Assembly (NCBI GenBank): GCA_051745525.1
Contig: JBNJEE010000001.1
Span: forward strand, 1-56,630
Origin: Methanobacteriota archaeon
GTDB lineage: Archaea > Halobacteriota > Halobacteria > Halobacteriales > Haloferacaceae
Length of the DNA stretch: 56,630 bases
Reading direction: 5' to 3'
Below the pieces are notes generated by a model. That model had not been told where the DNA came from and did no database searches. It saw only the letters and a list, made by a program, of their open reading frames with translations. Below are positions 29,710-39,633 of the stretch, piece after piece. A program made the translations under genes and the position numbers. How positions within the stretch are numbered: the first letter of the stretch is position 1; the number at the start of each line of letters is the position of its first letter.

Positions 29710-29910
29710 ACGCCGAGCGTCGGACGGACGGGCCGCAGTGACGGAATCCTCCGGGTCGCCCGCGTTCTAGCGCCTTCTCGGGGACGGTCAGCACCGTTCG
29801 GTTCGGCATCGACAGAGCGTCACGTCGCGACCGACACGGTCGCCGTCGACTACCGAGGCTAGAGCAGCGGCTCGCAGTCGACGGTCTGATCGAGTCGATC
29901 GAGACGACGA

Positions 29911-30513
29911 CTACTGGTCGGAACGATTCCAAGTGATCACTCCGGTCACGATGGAGGTTGCGAGGACCACGAACGCGGTCAGGGAATCGACGACAGTCGC
30001 CGTCGCGGCGACGCTGACAGCCACCGCTAGGACACCAGTGACGGCGGCCGCGTCTGAAGACATCCACTTCCTGTCGTCACCCGCCGAGCCGTCGACGTCA
30101 GCGTCGTCTCTGGCGAGTCCGAGTCGCGTCGCGCGGTCGGCGAGTTCTAGGCGGCTGGTCCGCTTGTCGAACTCGACGAGACCGGCGTCGGCCATCTTGG
30201 GCGCGTGGTGCTGATAGATGGTCGACTGTACCGATTTTCGTTCGTCGTAGCTGACTGTGTCGGGGTCGTCGACATCCATCTCCCGCGCGGCGATAGTGGA
30301 TGCGAGATCGGGTATCGTCGCCGAGTTATCTGACTCGGCTCCGAGTAGGTGAAGCATCTGCCGTCGACGGTAGTTGCTGAGGACGTCGTAGATGAGACTG
30401 AGGTCGTCCGGGTTTCTTGTGCCCTCATCGAGCTGTTCGCAGAGGTCGGTCACGCCGCCGCAGGGGGTCGTCTCTTCGTCGCCGTCGTCTGTACGTACTT
30501 GTGTAGTGTTCAC
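29911..30513 (-). CDS. DUF7344-like winged-HTH protein with two C-terminal TM helices
   Basis: YDVLSNYRRRQML...ERKSVQSTIYQHHAPKMADAGLVEFD, then hydrophobic C-terminal helices. Confidence 0.8.
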   Translation of the reverse strand: MNTTQVRTDDGDEETTPCGGVTDLCEQLDEGTRNPDDLSLIYDVLSNYRRRQMLHLLGAESDNSATIPDLASTIAAREMDVDDPDTVSYDERKSVQSTIYQHHAPKMADAGLVEFDKRTSRLELADRATRLGLARDDADVDGSAGDDRKWMSSDAAAVTGVLAVAVSVAATATVVDSLTAFVVLATSIVTGVITWNRSDQ

Positions 30514-30925
30514 ACCGCTCCCTCCGTATCTCTATATACATGTACACTAACTAAAACTTTTCAATTGACAGTATTCGGATGTTTTCTACTATTCATCCCC
30601 TCATTCTTCATTCCCACCAGTTGAAAAGAACACTCGTGACTGATTTCGTACACTGACGTACGTATTCTTTCACTTGCGCGATCTGCGGTAGTTGACTACG
30701 CTCTCTCAACGGGAAAGATTCACACCAAACGCTCGGAACGAAGTAAGCGGCCACGCGTTCCATAGGCATCCGTTGTGGTATTCTTTCACTGCCATATTCC
30801 ACAGATTATGGGATCTCACAGGAACGGAATCCCCAAGTGTGGTCATTAAGGTTACCATATTCTGTCTACTAACTATCCCCCGATAGGTCGTGGCCCGAGT
30901 TGCGTGGTACTGCCGCGCGCACCAA

Positions 30926-33900
30926 ATGTTACGTAACGTAATATTCGCCACGGTATTCGCGGTGATACTCCTGCTCGCGCCTGTTGGAGGCGCGGTCGGG
31001 GTAGCACCGGCGAGCGGAGGAACAGACGCGGCAACTGACACGGCATCGTTCGGCGACGGCGTCCAGAACCCCGACGCTCCAGTAGAGTTCGGGACACAGG
31101 GTGACGTCGACCCGGCCCTCGAGGAGGCTGACGGTACCGTCGAAGTGATTTTCCGCTTCGACGAGATCGACCGCACGTCACTCCAGGGCGAGACGGGACA
31201 AGCAGCCATCCGGTCGATGAAAGAACACTCGGCGGCCACCCAGCAGAACTTCCACCGGTACGCGGATAGTACGGAAGGAATCGAGACCGTCGAGCAGTTC
31301 TGGGTCGCGAACGCGGTGCTCGCCGAGGTCGACACGGACGAGGTGAACATCGAACGCGTCACCGAGATCAAAGGCGTCGACCGCGCACACGAGAACTTCG
31401 AGTTGACGGTTCCGGAGGACCTCCAGCAGGAGCGCGCGAGCGCCGACGACGTCCGGTCCGCGAGCTACAACACTACCTACGGCCTCGATCAGATCAACGC
31501 GACCGAGGTCTGGGACGAGTACAACACGATGGGTGAGGGAACCGGCGTCGCCGTACTCGACACGGGCGTCGACCCCGACCATCCCGACATCGATATCGAC
31601 CCCGACAACTTCGTCGAGGCCAACGAGGACGGCGTCGAGAACGTCGACCCGTACGACAGCAGCGACCACGGGACCCACGTTTCCGGGACCGTCGTCGGCG
31701 GCAACGACAGCGGCGAGTACATCGGCGTCGCGCCCGAGGCAGAGCTCTACCACGGCCTGGTCATCCCGGAGGGTGGCGGGAGCTTCGCGCAGGTCGCCAG
31801 CGGGATGGAGTGGGCGGCCGAGCAGGACGGCGTCGACGTCGTCTCGATGAGCCTCGGTGCGACGGGCTACTCCTCCGAGATGATCGAGCCGACCCAGAAC
31901 ATCGAAGCAGCCGGCAAGGTCCTTGTTTCGTCCGCCGGCAACAGCGGTGCCGGCAGCTCCGGTAGCCCCGGGAACGTCTACGAGACGATCGCCGCCGGCG
32001 CCAGCAACGAGGACGGCGACATCGCCGAGTTCTCCAGCGGCGAGGAAGTCGACACGGAGTCCGATTGGGGTTCGGACGCCCCCGAAGACTGGCCCGACAC
32101 GTACGTCGTGCCGAACTACGCCGCGCCCGGCGTCGACGTGAACAGCGCCGCGCCCGGCGGCGGCTACCAGGAACTCTCCGGCACGTCGATGTCCGCTCCG
32201 CACATCAGCGGCGCGTACGCCCTGATGCTCTCCGCGGCCGGCGACATCGACAAGTCCACCGCTACGGAGGCGCTCACGGAGACTGCCTGGGCGCCGACAG
32301 AGGATCCCGACCCGACCCGGTACGGTGACGGGATCATCGACATCAAGGAGACGACCGACATGGTCGCCCTTGAACAGGAGATCACGGGCACCGTCACCGA
32401 TGCCGACGGAAACGCCCTCGCAGACGCGACGGTCTCCAGCGATCAGGGCTTCCAGACCACGACGAACGCGGACGGCGAGTACACGCTGCTCGCCGAGACC
32501 GGCAACGTCACCGTGACGGCCGACGCGTTCGGCGCGGAGGGTTCGAACCAGACGGTCGAGGTCGGTGACAACGAGACCGTCACAGCGGACTTCAGCCTCG
32601 ACCCGGCTCTCGACGTCGAGCTCGAATCCGGGCAGGCGAGCGCCATCGAGGGCGGCGACAACGTCAGCGCGACCGTCAACGTCGCGAACCTCGAAACGTA
32701 CACCGCGGAACTCGGCGACGGTTACAGCGCCGAGAACGCCACGCTGTACGTTGCCGGTACCGAGGAGGAGTTCGGAGAGCCCGTCGATCTCGGCGACTAC
32801 AGCGGCACCGCGACCGTGACCGTCGAGACGACGGCCGACACCAGTGGCGAGGTCTCTATCGACCACACCTTCGAGGGGCTCGGTGATTCCGTCGATGTGA
32901 CCACCGGCCCGACCGAGGTCTTCGAAGAGTTCACGCAGGTCGGCGTGGTCGACGATAACAGCGAGTGGGGCGAGGACGTCGCCGCCATCGTCGACGAGGA
33001 GACGCCCGACAGCTACTCGGTGGACATCATCGACTCCGACACCGCCATCGAGTCAACGGACACGTACGACGCGTACGTCGTCCAGTACCTCGACGAGGAC
33101 AACGCCGAGTCGTTCGCTGACGCCACGGCGAGCTACGACGTCGGGACCGTCTACCTCGACCAGTGGGGGAGCGACTCCAACGGCATCGAGGCCCGTTCGG
33201 ACGCGCTCGGCGACCCCGCCGAGACCGACGACGGGTTCAGCGGCGAGAACCCGACGTTCGTGAACGTCGCCGACCACCCGATCTTCGACGGCGTCGGTGA
33301 CGAGCCGATCTCGCTCCACGAGGCCACGTTCGCCGACAAGTCGTGGTTCTCGGACACCGACGCGCAGGTCCTGGCCGACGTCTCCAACGGCGAGGTTCAG
33401 GGCAGCGGCGTCGCGGTCAGTGAGGACCGCTGGGACATCTTGGCGGCCTCCATGGGATACAGCACCTTCACCGAAGGCGAGTACACCGAGGACGCGAACA
33501 CCATCCTCGGGAATATGGTCGGGGTCGCGGCCAGCCCGCCCGAGCCCGCCGGCACGGTCGAAGTGACCGAGACGACGGTCTCGCCCGGCAGCAACGCCGA
33601 GGTCACGCTCCAGACGGACGTCAGCAACGTCTCCGGCTACGAGACGACGATCGAGTTCGACCCGGAGAAGCTCCAAGTCGAGGACGTCTCCGGCGAGGAC
33701 ATGGCTGACCCCGTGATGGAAGTTGACAACGAGAACGGCGTGCTGTTCCTCACGCAGGCACAGGCGCAGGGCGCCGACGCGCCCGAAATGGCCTCCATCG
33801 AGTTCGAGGTCGTCGACATGGGTAACGGCGAAGAGGCAGACGTCTCGCTGATGGGCGAGGAGTCCGCCGTCTACGATCCCACTGGGAGCGCCTACCTCAC

Positions 33901-34219
33901 TAACTGGGACAACGGCCACGTCACAGTCCTCGACGGACAGCTCGGCGACGTGAACGCCGACGGCGAGATCACCGCCGGTGACGCGGTCATCGTCCAGCGC
34001 CACATCGCCGGTCTGCCGACCGAGGTCCCGGACGACCAGATCGAGATGCTCGGTGACGTCAACCAGGACGGCCAGATCACGTCCGCTGACGTGACCTACA
34101 TCCTACAGATCGTCGCCGGTATCGAGGAACCGCCGGAGATGAACGCCGCGGACGCCCAGTCCTCGGTCACCGCTCCGAGCGTCGAATCGGCCGCCACGCC
34201 GAGCGCACCCGCGCTCTGA
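30926..34219 (+). CDS. Secreted S8 subtilase: propeptide, catalytic domain, carboxypeptidase-regulatory-like Ig domain, further domains, cohesin and C-terminal dockerin
   Basis: Hydrophobic signal without RR; triad VAVLDTG (~31559), HGTHVSG (~31667), GTSMSAP (~32186), oxyanion SAGN; cohesin-like ~33550-33930; duplicated GDVNxDGxITxxD 33941-34120. Confidence 0.92.
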   Translation: MLRNVIFATVFAVILLLAPVGGAVGVAPASGGTDAATDTASFGDGVQNPDAPVEFGTQGDVDPALEEADGTVEVIFRFDEIDRTSLQGETGQAAIRSMKEHSAATQQNFHRYADSTEGIETVEQFWVANAVLAEVDTDEVNIERVTEIKGVDRAHENFELTVPEDLQQERASADDVRSASYNTTYGLDQINATEVWDEYNTMGEGTGVAVLDTGVDPDHPDIDIDPDNFVEANEDGVENVDPYDSSDHGTHVSGTVVGGNDSGEYIGVAPEAELYHGLVIPEGGGSFAQVASGMEWAAEQDGVDVVSMSLGATGYSSEMIEPTQNIEAAGKVLVSSAGNSGAGSSGSPGNVYETIAAGASNEDGDIAEFSSGEEVDTESDWGSDAPEDWPDTYVVPNYAAPGVDVNSAAPGGGYQELSGTSMSAPHISGAYALMLSAAGDIDKSTATEALTETAWAPTEDPDPTRYGDGIIDIKETTDMVALEQEITGTVTDADGNALADATVSSDQGFQTTTNADGEYTLLAETGNVTVTADAFGAEGSNQTVEVGDNETVTADFSLDPALDVELESGQASAIEGGDNVSATVNVANLETYTAELGDGYSAENATLYVAGTEEEFGEPVDLGDYSGTATVTVETTADTSGEVSIDHTFEGLGDSVDVTTGPTEVFEEFTQVGVVDDNSEWGEDVAAIVDEETPDSYSVDIIDSDTAIESTDTYDAYVVQYLDEDNAESFADATASYDVGTVYLDQWGSDSNGIEARSDALGDPAETDDGFSGENPTFVNVADHPIFDGVGDEPISLHEATFADKSWFSDTDAQVLADVSNGEVQGSGVAVSEDRWDILAASMGYSTFTEGEYTEDANTILGNMVGVAASPPEPAGTVEVTETTVSPGSNAEVTLQTDVSNVSGYETTIEFDPEKLQVEDVSGEDMADPVMEVDNENGVLFLTQAQAQGADAPEMASIEFEVVDMGNGEEADVSLMGEESAVYDPTGSAYLTNWDNGHVTVLDGQLGDVNADGEITAGDAVIVQRHIAGLPTEVPDDQIEMLGDVNQDGQITSADVTYILQIVAGIEEPPEMNAADAQSSVTAPSVESAATPSAPAL

Positions 34220-34315
34220 CCGGCCGAACCGCCTGTCAACCACCTAGCCGCCATAATTTTTCGTACCGCAGAACGTGCGAAATGATTAACACGGATCCTT
34301 ACACACAGATAACGT

Positions 34316-35065
34316 ATGTTCGATGACACCAAACACGCCGCCGCGCTCGCACTCGTACTCGCGCTGGCGTTGGCGCCCGTCACCGCGCCCGTAGCGGCCG
34401 TCGCCACCGCCGACGGGACCCCAGTGGCGACCGACGGGGCCGATTCGATCGCAAGCGACAATGCCCTCCTCTCCCAGCAGTACGCACAGCAGTCCGACGC
34501 CCCACAGCTCCGGCTCGGATCGACGACAGTCAACCCGAACGACACCGCCGTGGTTCGGGTGTCGACCGACGCCAGCAACATCGCTGGCTACCAGACCAAC
34601 GTGACCTTCGACCCGTCCGTCGTCCAAGTCGAGGGCGTCGCCGGGAGCGACGACTTCGACGACCCCGTCGTGAACGTGAACAACGACGAGGGGTGGGTCG
34701 TCTTCACGCAGTCCGGGAGCGAGGGCGTCGACGAACCGGTACTGGCTCAGCTCCGAGTCACCGCCGTCGGCGACGACGGCGACTCGACGGAGCTGTCCTT
34801 CGTGGGCGAGGACACGGCCGTCAACGATGCCGACCGCGCCAGTGTCGACGTGGCGCTTGTCGGCGGAGGAGTAGACGTCGCGGCCGGTGACGTCGTCGCC
34901 AACAACAACGGCCAACAGGGCGCGAATGACAGCAGCGGGACCAGCGGCAACGGCGGCAACAGTGGCGAACTGCTCGGCGACGTGAATCTCGTCGTAATCG
35001 CTGGCGGTGCCGTGGCGCTCAGCGGCGCCATCGCCGGGGGCGTCTTCCTCGGCAAGCGCCTCTGA
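34316..35065 (+). CDS. Membrane-anchored single-cohesin protein (anchoring scaffoldin-like)
   Basis: Signal peptide, cohesin-like domain (IAGYQTNVTFDPSVVQV) aligning by eye to the protease cohesin, G/N/S linker, C-terminal TM helix plus KR. Confidence 0.82.
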   Translation: MFDDTKHAAALALVLALALAPVTAPVAAVATADGTPVATDGADSIASDNALLSQQYAQQSDAPQLRLGSTTVNPNDTAVVRVSTDASNIAGYQTNVTFDPSVVQVEGVAGSDDFDDPVVNVNNDEGWVVFTQSGSEGVDEPVLAQLRVTAVGDDGDSTELSFVGEDTAVNDADRASVDVALVGGGVDVAAGDVVANNNGQQGANDSSGTSGNGGNSGELLGDVNLVVIAGGAVALSGAIAGGVFLGKRL

Positions 35066-35103
35066 ACCCGACCGGTCGGGAACGCTGACCACGGCGCGCT
35101 GGG

Positions 35104-35113
35104 TCTCTTTTTT
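35104..35113 (+). terminator. T-tract terminator after the cohesin gene
   Basis: tctctttttt about 40 bp after the stop. Confidence 0.5.
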
Positions 35114-35362
35114 GATGTCGATCCGTCGCGGTCCGACAGAAGGCGGGCTGCGTCCCCACCTCGTGACAGCCCTCGAACGCGACCGCGAACCGCGGGTCCC
35201 GGGCCGCCGATCCGAGTTCGATATCGACGATCTACGGGTGAAACACCGAGATGAGCCGAACACGCACCCGGCTGAACTTCCGTTCCGTCGTTTCTATAAC
35301 GAATTGCCACAGATCCGACGCCGAGCAGAAGACATATAACAGTCTTGGCGTACTCGCCGGGC

Positions 35363-35518
35363 ATGAACTGTGAGAGATGCGGCGTGGACGCCTCGCTCGC
35401 ACACCGGGACGTCGACGGCTTCGCGTACTACCTGTGTGAGGCCTGTATCAGCGGGTGGGGCGCGGTTCGCTCCCCGTCGCTTGACGCCGCCGAGGGGAAT
35501 CGGTCGCCCGCGCGGTAG
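35363..35518 (+). CDS. Small zinc-finger protein (51 aa), not in the ORF track
   Basis: MNCERCG...YLCEACISGW, two CxxC motifs; ATATAA at 35334-35339. Confidence 0.72.
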   Translation: MNCERCGVDASLAHRDVDGFAYYLCEACISGWGAVRSPSLDAAEGNRSPAR

Positions 35519-35578
35519 GGAAGCGCCGGGCGCCGTCGCGCGCTACCATCGCGGCGGCCAAGGCGATATCCGGAGCGA

Positions 35579-36217
35579 TCACTCCCGTGCCGCAGCGACG
35601 GCCTCGACCACCGCGCGCGCGTTCGATCGGATCGCGTCGAAGTCGTCGGCGGCGATCGCCTCGTCGTCGACGATCGAACTGCCGACGCCGACCGCGACCG
35701 CGCCCGCCCGGACGTACTCGCCCGCGTTGTCCGCGCTGACGCCGCCGGTCGGAACGAGCGGGACCTGCGGGAGCGGGCCGCCGATCGCCGCGACGTGGGC
35801 CGGACCGCCGGTCTTCGCGGGGAACACCTTCACCGCGTCGGCGCCGGCCTCGTAGGCCTCGATCGCCTCGGTCGGCGTGTACGCGCCGACGGCGATCGGG
35901 GTCCCGTAGCGGTTCGCCGTCCGGATCACGCTGCGGTTCACGGTCGGGGTCACGAGGAACTCGGCGCCGGCGAGCTCTACCGCGCGCGCGGTCTCCGCGT
36001 CGAGGACGGTCCCGGCGCCGACCAACGCGTCGTCGACGCGGTCGGCTATCGCCTCGATGGAGGACATCGCGTTCGGCGTGTCCGCCGTCACCTCCAGCGC
36101 CGTCACGCCGGCGTCGACGACCGCGTCCGCGACCGCCACGGCGTCGTCTCGCGCCACGCCGCGGAGGATCGCGATCACACCGCCGTCCGTGATCCGGTCG
36201 GGTCGGTCGGTTCGCAT
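35579..36217 (-). CDS. eda: KDPG/KDPGal aldolase (Eda/DgoA family)
   Basis: IAILRG, LEVT, GAGTVL, TPTEA, KVFPA, PTGGVS. Confidence 0.92.
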   Translation of the reverse strand: MRTDRPDRITDGGVIAILRGVARDDAVAVADAVVDAGVTALEVTADTPNAMSSIEAIADRVDDALVGAGTVLDAETARAVELAGAEFLVTPTVNRSVIRTANRYGTPIAVGAYTPTEAIEAYEAGADAVKVFPAKTGGPAHVAAIGGPLPQVPLVPTGGVSADNAGEYVRAGAVAVGVGSSIVDDEAIAADDFDAIRSNARAVVEAVAAARE

Positions 36218-36440
36218 GCGTGGTACCTGCCCGCCGGGGGTATTAAATCGGACCGTGTCGGGGACGGCCGCGGCGCGGCCGCACCCACCCGCTATTTAAC
36301 AGACGGACGGGCAACTACGACCGTGGCGACGGGCCGGTCCGGGTGGGACGCCAGCGGCGACGGACGGCGCGCAACCTGCCGCGACCGACGGAGCGCGGGT
36401 CCCGCGACCTCGGACCGGTTCGGAGTTACCCCAACTCACC

Positions 36441-37592
36441 ATGCACATCACCGACTACGAGCTGTTCGAAGTGCCGCCCCGCTGGCTATTCTTGAAGCTC
36501 ACGACGAGCAACGGAAGGGTCGGCTGGGGAGAACCGATCGTGGAGGGGCGCTCTCACACGGTCGTCGCGGCCGTCGAGGAGTTACTCGAGAATTATCTGC
36601 TCGGCGAGGACCCGACGCGGATCGAGGACCACTGGCAGGCGATGTACCGTGGCGGGTTCTACCGCGGCGGTCCCGTGCTGATGAGCGCCATCGCCGGGAT
36701 CGACCAGGCGCTGTGGGACCTCAAGGGAAAGCAGTTTGGCGCACCGGTCCACGAGCTGCTCGGCGGCCGCGCGCGCGACCGGATCCGCGTCTACCAGTGG
36801 ATCGGCGGGGACCGGCCAGCGGACGTCGGCGAGGCCGCCCGCGAGAAGGTCGACGCCGGCTTCTCGGCGCTGAAGATGAACGCTACCGCTGAGCTGCGAC
36901 CGATCGACAACCCGTCGACGGTGTCCGATGCGGCCGACCGGATCGCGGCCGTGCGGGAGGCGGTCGGCGACGAGGTCGATATCGGGGTCGACTTCCACGG
37001 CCGCGTGTCGAAGCCGATGGTCCGGCGGCTCGCGGCTGCGCTGGAGCCGTACGATCCGATGTTCATCGAGGAGCCGGTGCTGCCGGAACACAACGACGCG
37101 CTTTCGGCCATCCGCGAGTCGACGACGATCCCGATCGCGACCGGCGAGCGGATGTACTCCCGGTGGGACTTCAAGGAGGTGTTCGAGACCGACGCCGTCG
37201 ACCTTATCCAGCCGGACGTCTCGCACGCCGGCGGGATCACCGAGCTGAAGAAGATCGCGTCGATGGCCGAGGCGTACGACGTGTCGGTCGCGCCGCACTG
37301 CCCGCTCGGGCCGATCGCGCTCGCCTCCTGTGTCCAGGTCGACGCCTGTACGCCGAACGCGCTCATCCAGGAGCAGTCGCTCGACATCCATTACAACGAG
37401 ACGAGCGACGTGTTGGACTACCTCGCCGACCCGTCGGTGTTCGAGTACCGCGACGGCTTCGTCGACGTCCCCGACGGCGACGGGCTGGGGATCGAGATCG
37501 ACGAGGCGTACGTCCGCGAACAGGCTGAGACGGACGTCGACTGGCACAACCCCGTCTGGCGCCACGACGACGGCTCCGTCGCGGAGTGGTGA
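36441..37592 (+). CDS. dgoD: Galactonate dehydratase
   Basis: PPRWLFLK, GWGEP, FYRGGPVLMSA, DFHGR, APHCPLGP, QEQSLDIHYN, DGSVAEW. Confidence 0.93.
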   Translation: MHITDYELFEVPPRWLFLKLTTSNGRVGWGEPIVEGRSHTVVAAVEELLENYLLGEDPTRIEDHWQAMYRGGFYRGGPVLMSAIAGIDQALWDLKGKQFGAPVHELLGGRARDRIRVYQWIGGDRPADVGEAAREKVDAGFSALKMNATAELRPIDNPSTVSDAADRIAAVREAVGDEVDIGVDFHGRVSKPMVRRLAAALEPYDPMFIEEPVLPEHNDALSAIRESTTIPIATGERMYSRWDFKEVFETDAVDLIQPDVSHAGGITELKKIASMAEAYDVSVAPHCPLGPIALASCVQVDACTPNALIQEQSLDIHYNETSDVLDYLADPSVFEYRDGFVDVPDGDGLGIEIDEAYVREQAETDVDWHNPVWRHDDGSVAEW

Positions 37593-37632
37593 TCCGGATG
37601 GGTCCCGGAGCGCGACGACCGGGAGGTGACCG

Positions 37633-38487
37633 GTGACCCGTCGACGGGAGTCGCCGACCGGGGGCGCGGTCCCCGGGCGGTTCGCGGGCGAGACCGTCAT
37701 CGTCACGGGGTCGACCCGCGGGATCGGTGCCGGGATCGCGGAGCGGTTCGCCGCCGAGGGGGCGAACGTCGTGGTCAGCGGGCGCTCCGAGGCGGCCGGC
37801 GAGGCCGTCGCCGACCGGATCGCAGAGCGGGGCGGCACGGAGGCGGGCAACGGCTCCGCGACCTGCGACGCGACGTTCGTCCGCGCCGACATGCGCGACC
37901 CGGACGACGTGGCCACGCTGGCGGAGGCGGCGACCGAGCGCTACGGCTCGGTCGACGTGCTCGTGAACAACGCCGGCGTCCAGACGGAGACGGCCGCCGA
38001 CGAGGCGACGCTCGAAGACTGGGCGTTCGTCGTCGAGACGGACTTCCGGGCGTACTGGCTCGCCGCGCGCGCCGCACTCGAACAGATGGACCGCGGGGCG
38101 ATCGTGAACGTCTCGTCGAACCACGCGTACGCGACGATGCCGGCGCACTTCCCGTACAACGCCGTGAAGGCGGGTATCAACGGCATGACGCGGTCGCTCG
38201 CAGTGGACTTCGGGCCCCGCGTCCGGGTGAACACGGTCGTCCCCGGCTGGGTCGAGATCGAGCGGACCCGCGAGGAGCTGCCGGAGGGACGGCTGGAGGA
38301 GGTCGAATCCATCCACCCGACCGGGCGGATCGGCACGCCGGCCGACGTCGCCGGCGCCGTCTCCTTCCTCGCGAGCGAGGACGCCGCGTTCGTCACGGGC
38401 GCCGCGCTGCTCGTCGACGGCGGCCGCGGCGCGGTGATGCAAGACGACGTGCTCCCGGACTACCGGGCGCGAAAGGACGGGGAGTAG
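37633..38487 (+). CDS. SDR family oxidoreductase
   Basis: TGSTRGIG, NNAG, YNAVK; GGAGGTGA upstream of the GTG. Confidence 0.9.
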   Translation: MTRRRESPTGGAVPGRFAGETVIVTGSTRGIGAGIAERFAAEGANVVVSGRSEAAGEAVADRIAERGGTEAGNGSATCDATFVRADMRDPDDVATLAEAATERYGSVDVLVNNAGVQTETAADEATLEDWAFVVETDFRAYWLAARAALEQMDRGAIVNVSSNHAYATMPAHFPYNAVKAGINGMTRSLAVDFGPRVRVNTVVPGWVEIERTREELPEGRLEEVESIHPTGRIGTPADVAGAVSFLASEDAAFVTGAALLVDGGRGAVMQDDVLPDYRARKDGE

Positions 38488-38637
38488 GCGGACGCCGCGG
38501 CGCGGAGAGGCGCGGCTTAAGCGGGGAGCGCCGCGCCCCCGCCTGCGACGGTCGGCGGCGATCACCCCTTCTTATAGTCGGCCGAGCGTAGCACCGGATA
38601 TGAATTCGTTCGAGACCTGCGGCGCGGGGTGGCGCCG

Positions 38638-39594
38638 ATGACCGACCTCGTCACGTTCGGCGAGACGATGCTCCGGCTGTCGCCGCCGCGCGGCGAGCGG
38701 CTGGAGACGACCCGCGACCTGACCGTCCAGGCGGGCGGCGCGGAGAGCAACGTCGCGGTCGGGGCCGCGCGGCTCGGCGCCGACGCCCGCTGGCTCTCGA
38801 AGCTTCCCGACTCCCCGCTCGGTCGGCGGATCGTGACCGAACTGCGGAGCCACGGCGTCCACACCGGCGTCGCGTGGGCGGACCCGGACGAGAGCCGCGT
38901 GGGGACCTACTACCTCGAACACGGCGGCGAGCCGCGGGGGACGAACGTGATCTACGACCGCGCCGACGCGGCGATCACGACCGTCGAGCCGGAGGAGCTG
39001 CCGACGGACGCGGTCGCGGAGGCGGAGTGGTTCCACACGACGGGGATCACGCCAGCCCTCTCGGAGACGACCGCGGCGACGACGACCGCGCTGTTGCGAA
39101 CCGCCGGCGAGGCCGGGACCACGCGCTCGTTCGACCTGAACTACCGGGCGAAGCTCTGGGAGCCGGCGGCGGCGCGGGCGGCCTACGAGGACCTGTTCGA
39201 GCACGTCGACACCCTGATCGTCCCGCGGCGGGACGCCCGCGAAGTGCTCGACCGCGAGGGCGGCGCCGTCGAGATCGCGCACGGCCTCGCCACGGAGTTC
39301 GCGTTCGACACGGTGGTCGTCACTCGCGGGCTCGAGGGAGCGGTCGCGCTCCACGACGGCTCGGTGTACGAGCAGGACGTGTACGAGGCGGAGACGTTCG
39401 ACGCGATCGGCACCGGCGACGCGTTCGTCGCCGGCTTCGTCGCAGAGCGCCTGCGCGGCGGCGACCTCCCCGCGGCGCTCCGGTGGGGGTCGGCGACGGC
39501 GGCGCTGAAACGCACCACCGACGGCGACCTCGCAGTGACGACCCCGGCGGAGGTCCGCGACGTTATCGAGGGCGAGGGCGGGATCGATCGGTAG
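38638..39594 (+). CDS. kdgK: PfkB-family 2-keto-3-deoxy-gluconate/galactonate kinase
   Basis: [37 protein letters not shown]. Confidence 0.9.
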   Translation: MTDLVTFGETMLRLSPPRGERLETTRDLTVQAGGAESNVAVGAARLGADARWLSKLPDSPLGRRIVTELRSHGVHTGVAWADPDESRVGTYYLEHGGEPRGTNVIYDRADAAITTVEPEELPTDAVAEAEWFHTTGITPALSETTAATTTALLRTAGEAGTTRSFDLNYRAKLWEPAAARAAYEDLFEHVDTLIVPRRDAREVLDREGGAVEIAHGLATEFAFDTVVVTRGLEGAVALHDGSVYEQDVYEAETFDAIGTGDAFVAGFVAERLRGGDLPAALRWGSATAALKRTTDGDLAVTTPAEVRDVIEGEGGIDR

Positions 39595-39633
39595 CCGCGT
39601 CGACGCCGAACGGCCGCGATCCGACGCTCGCGT

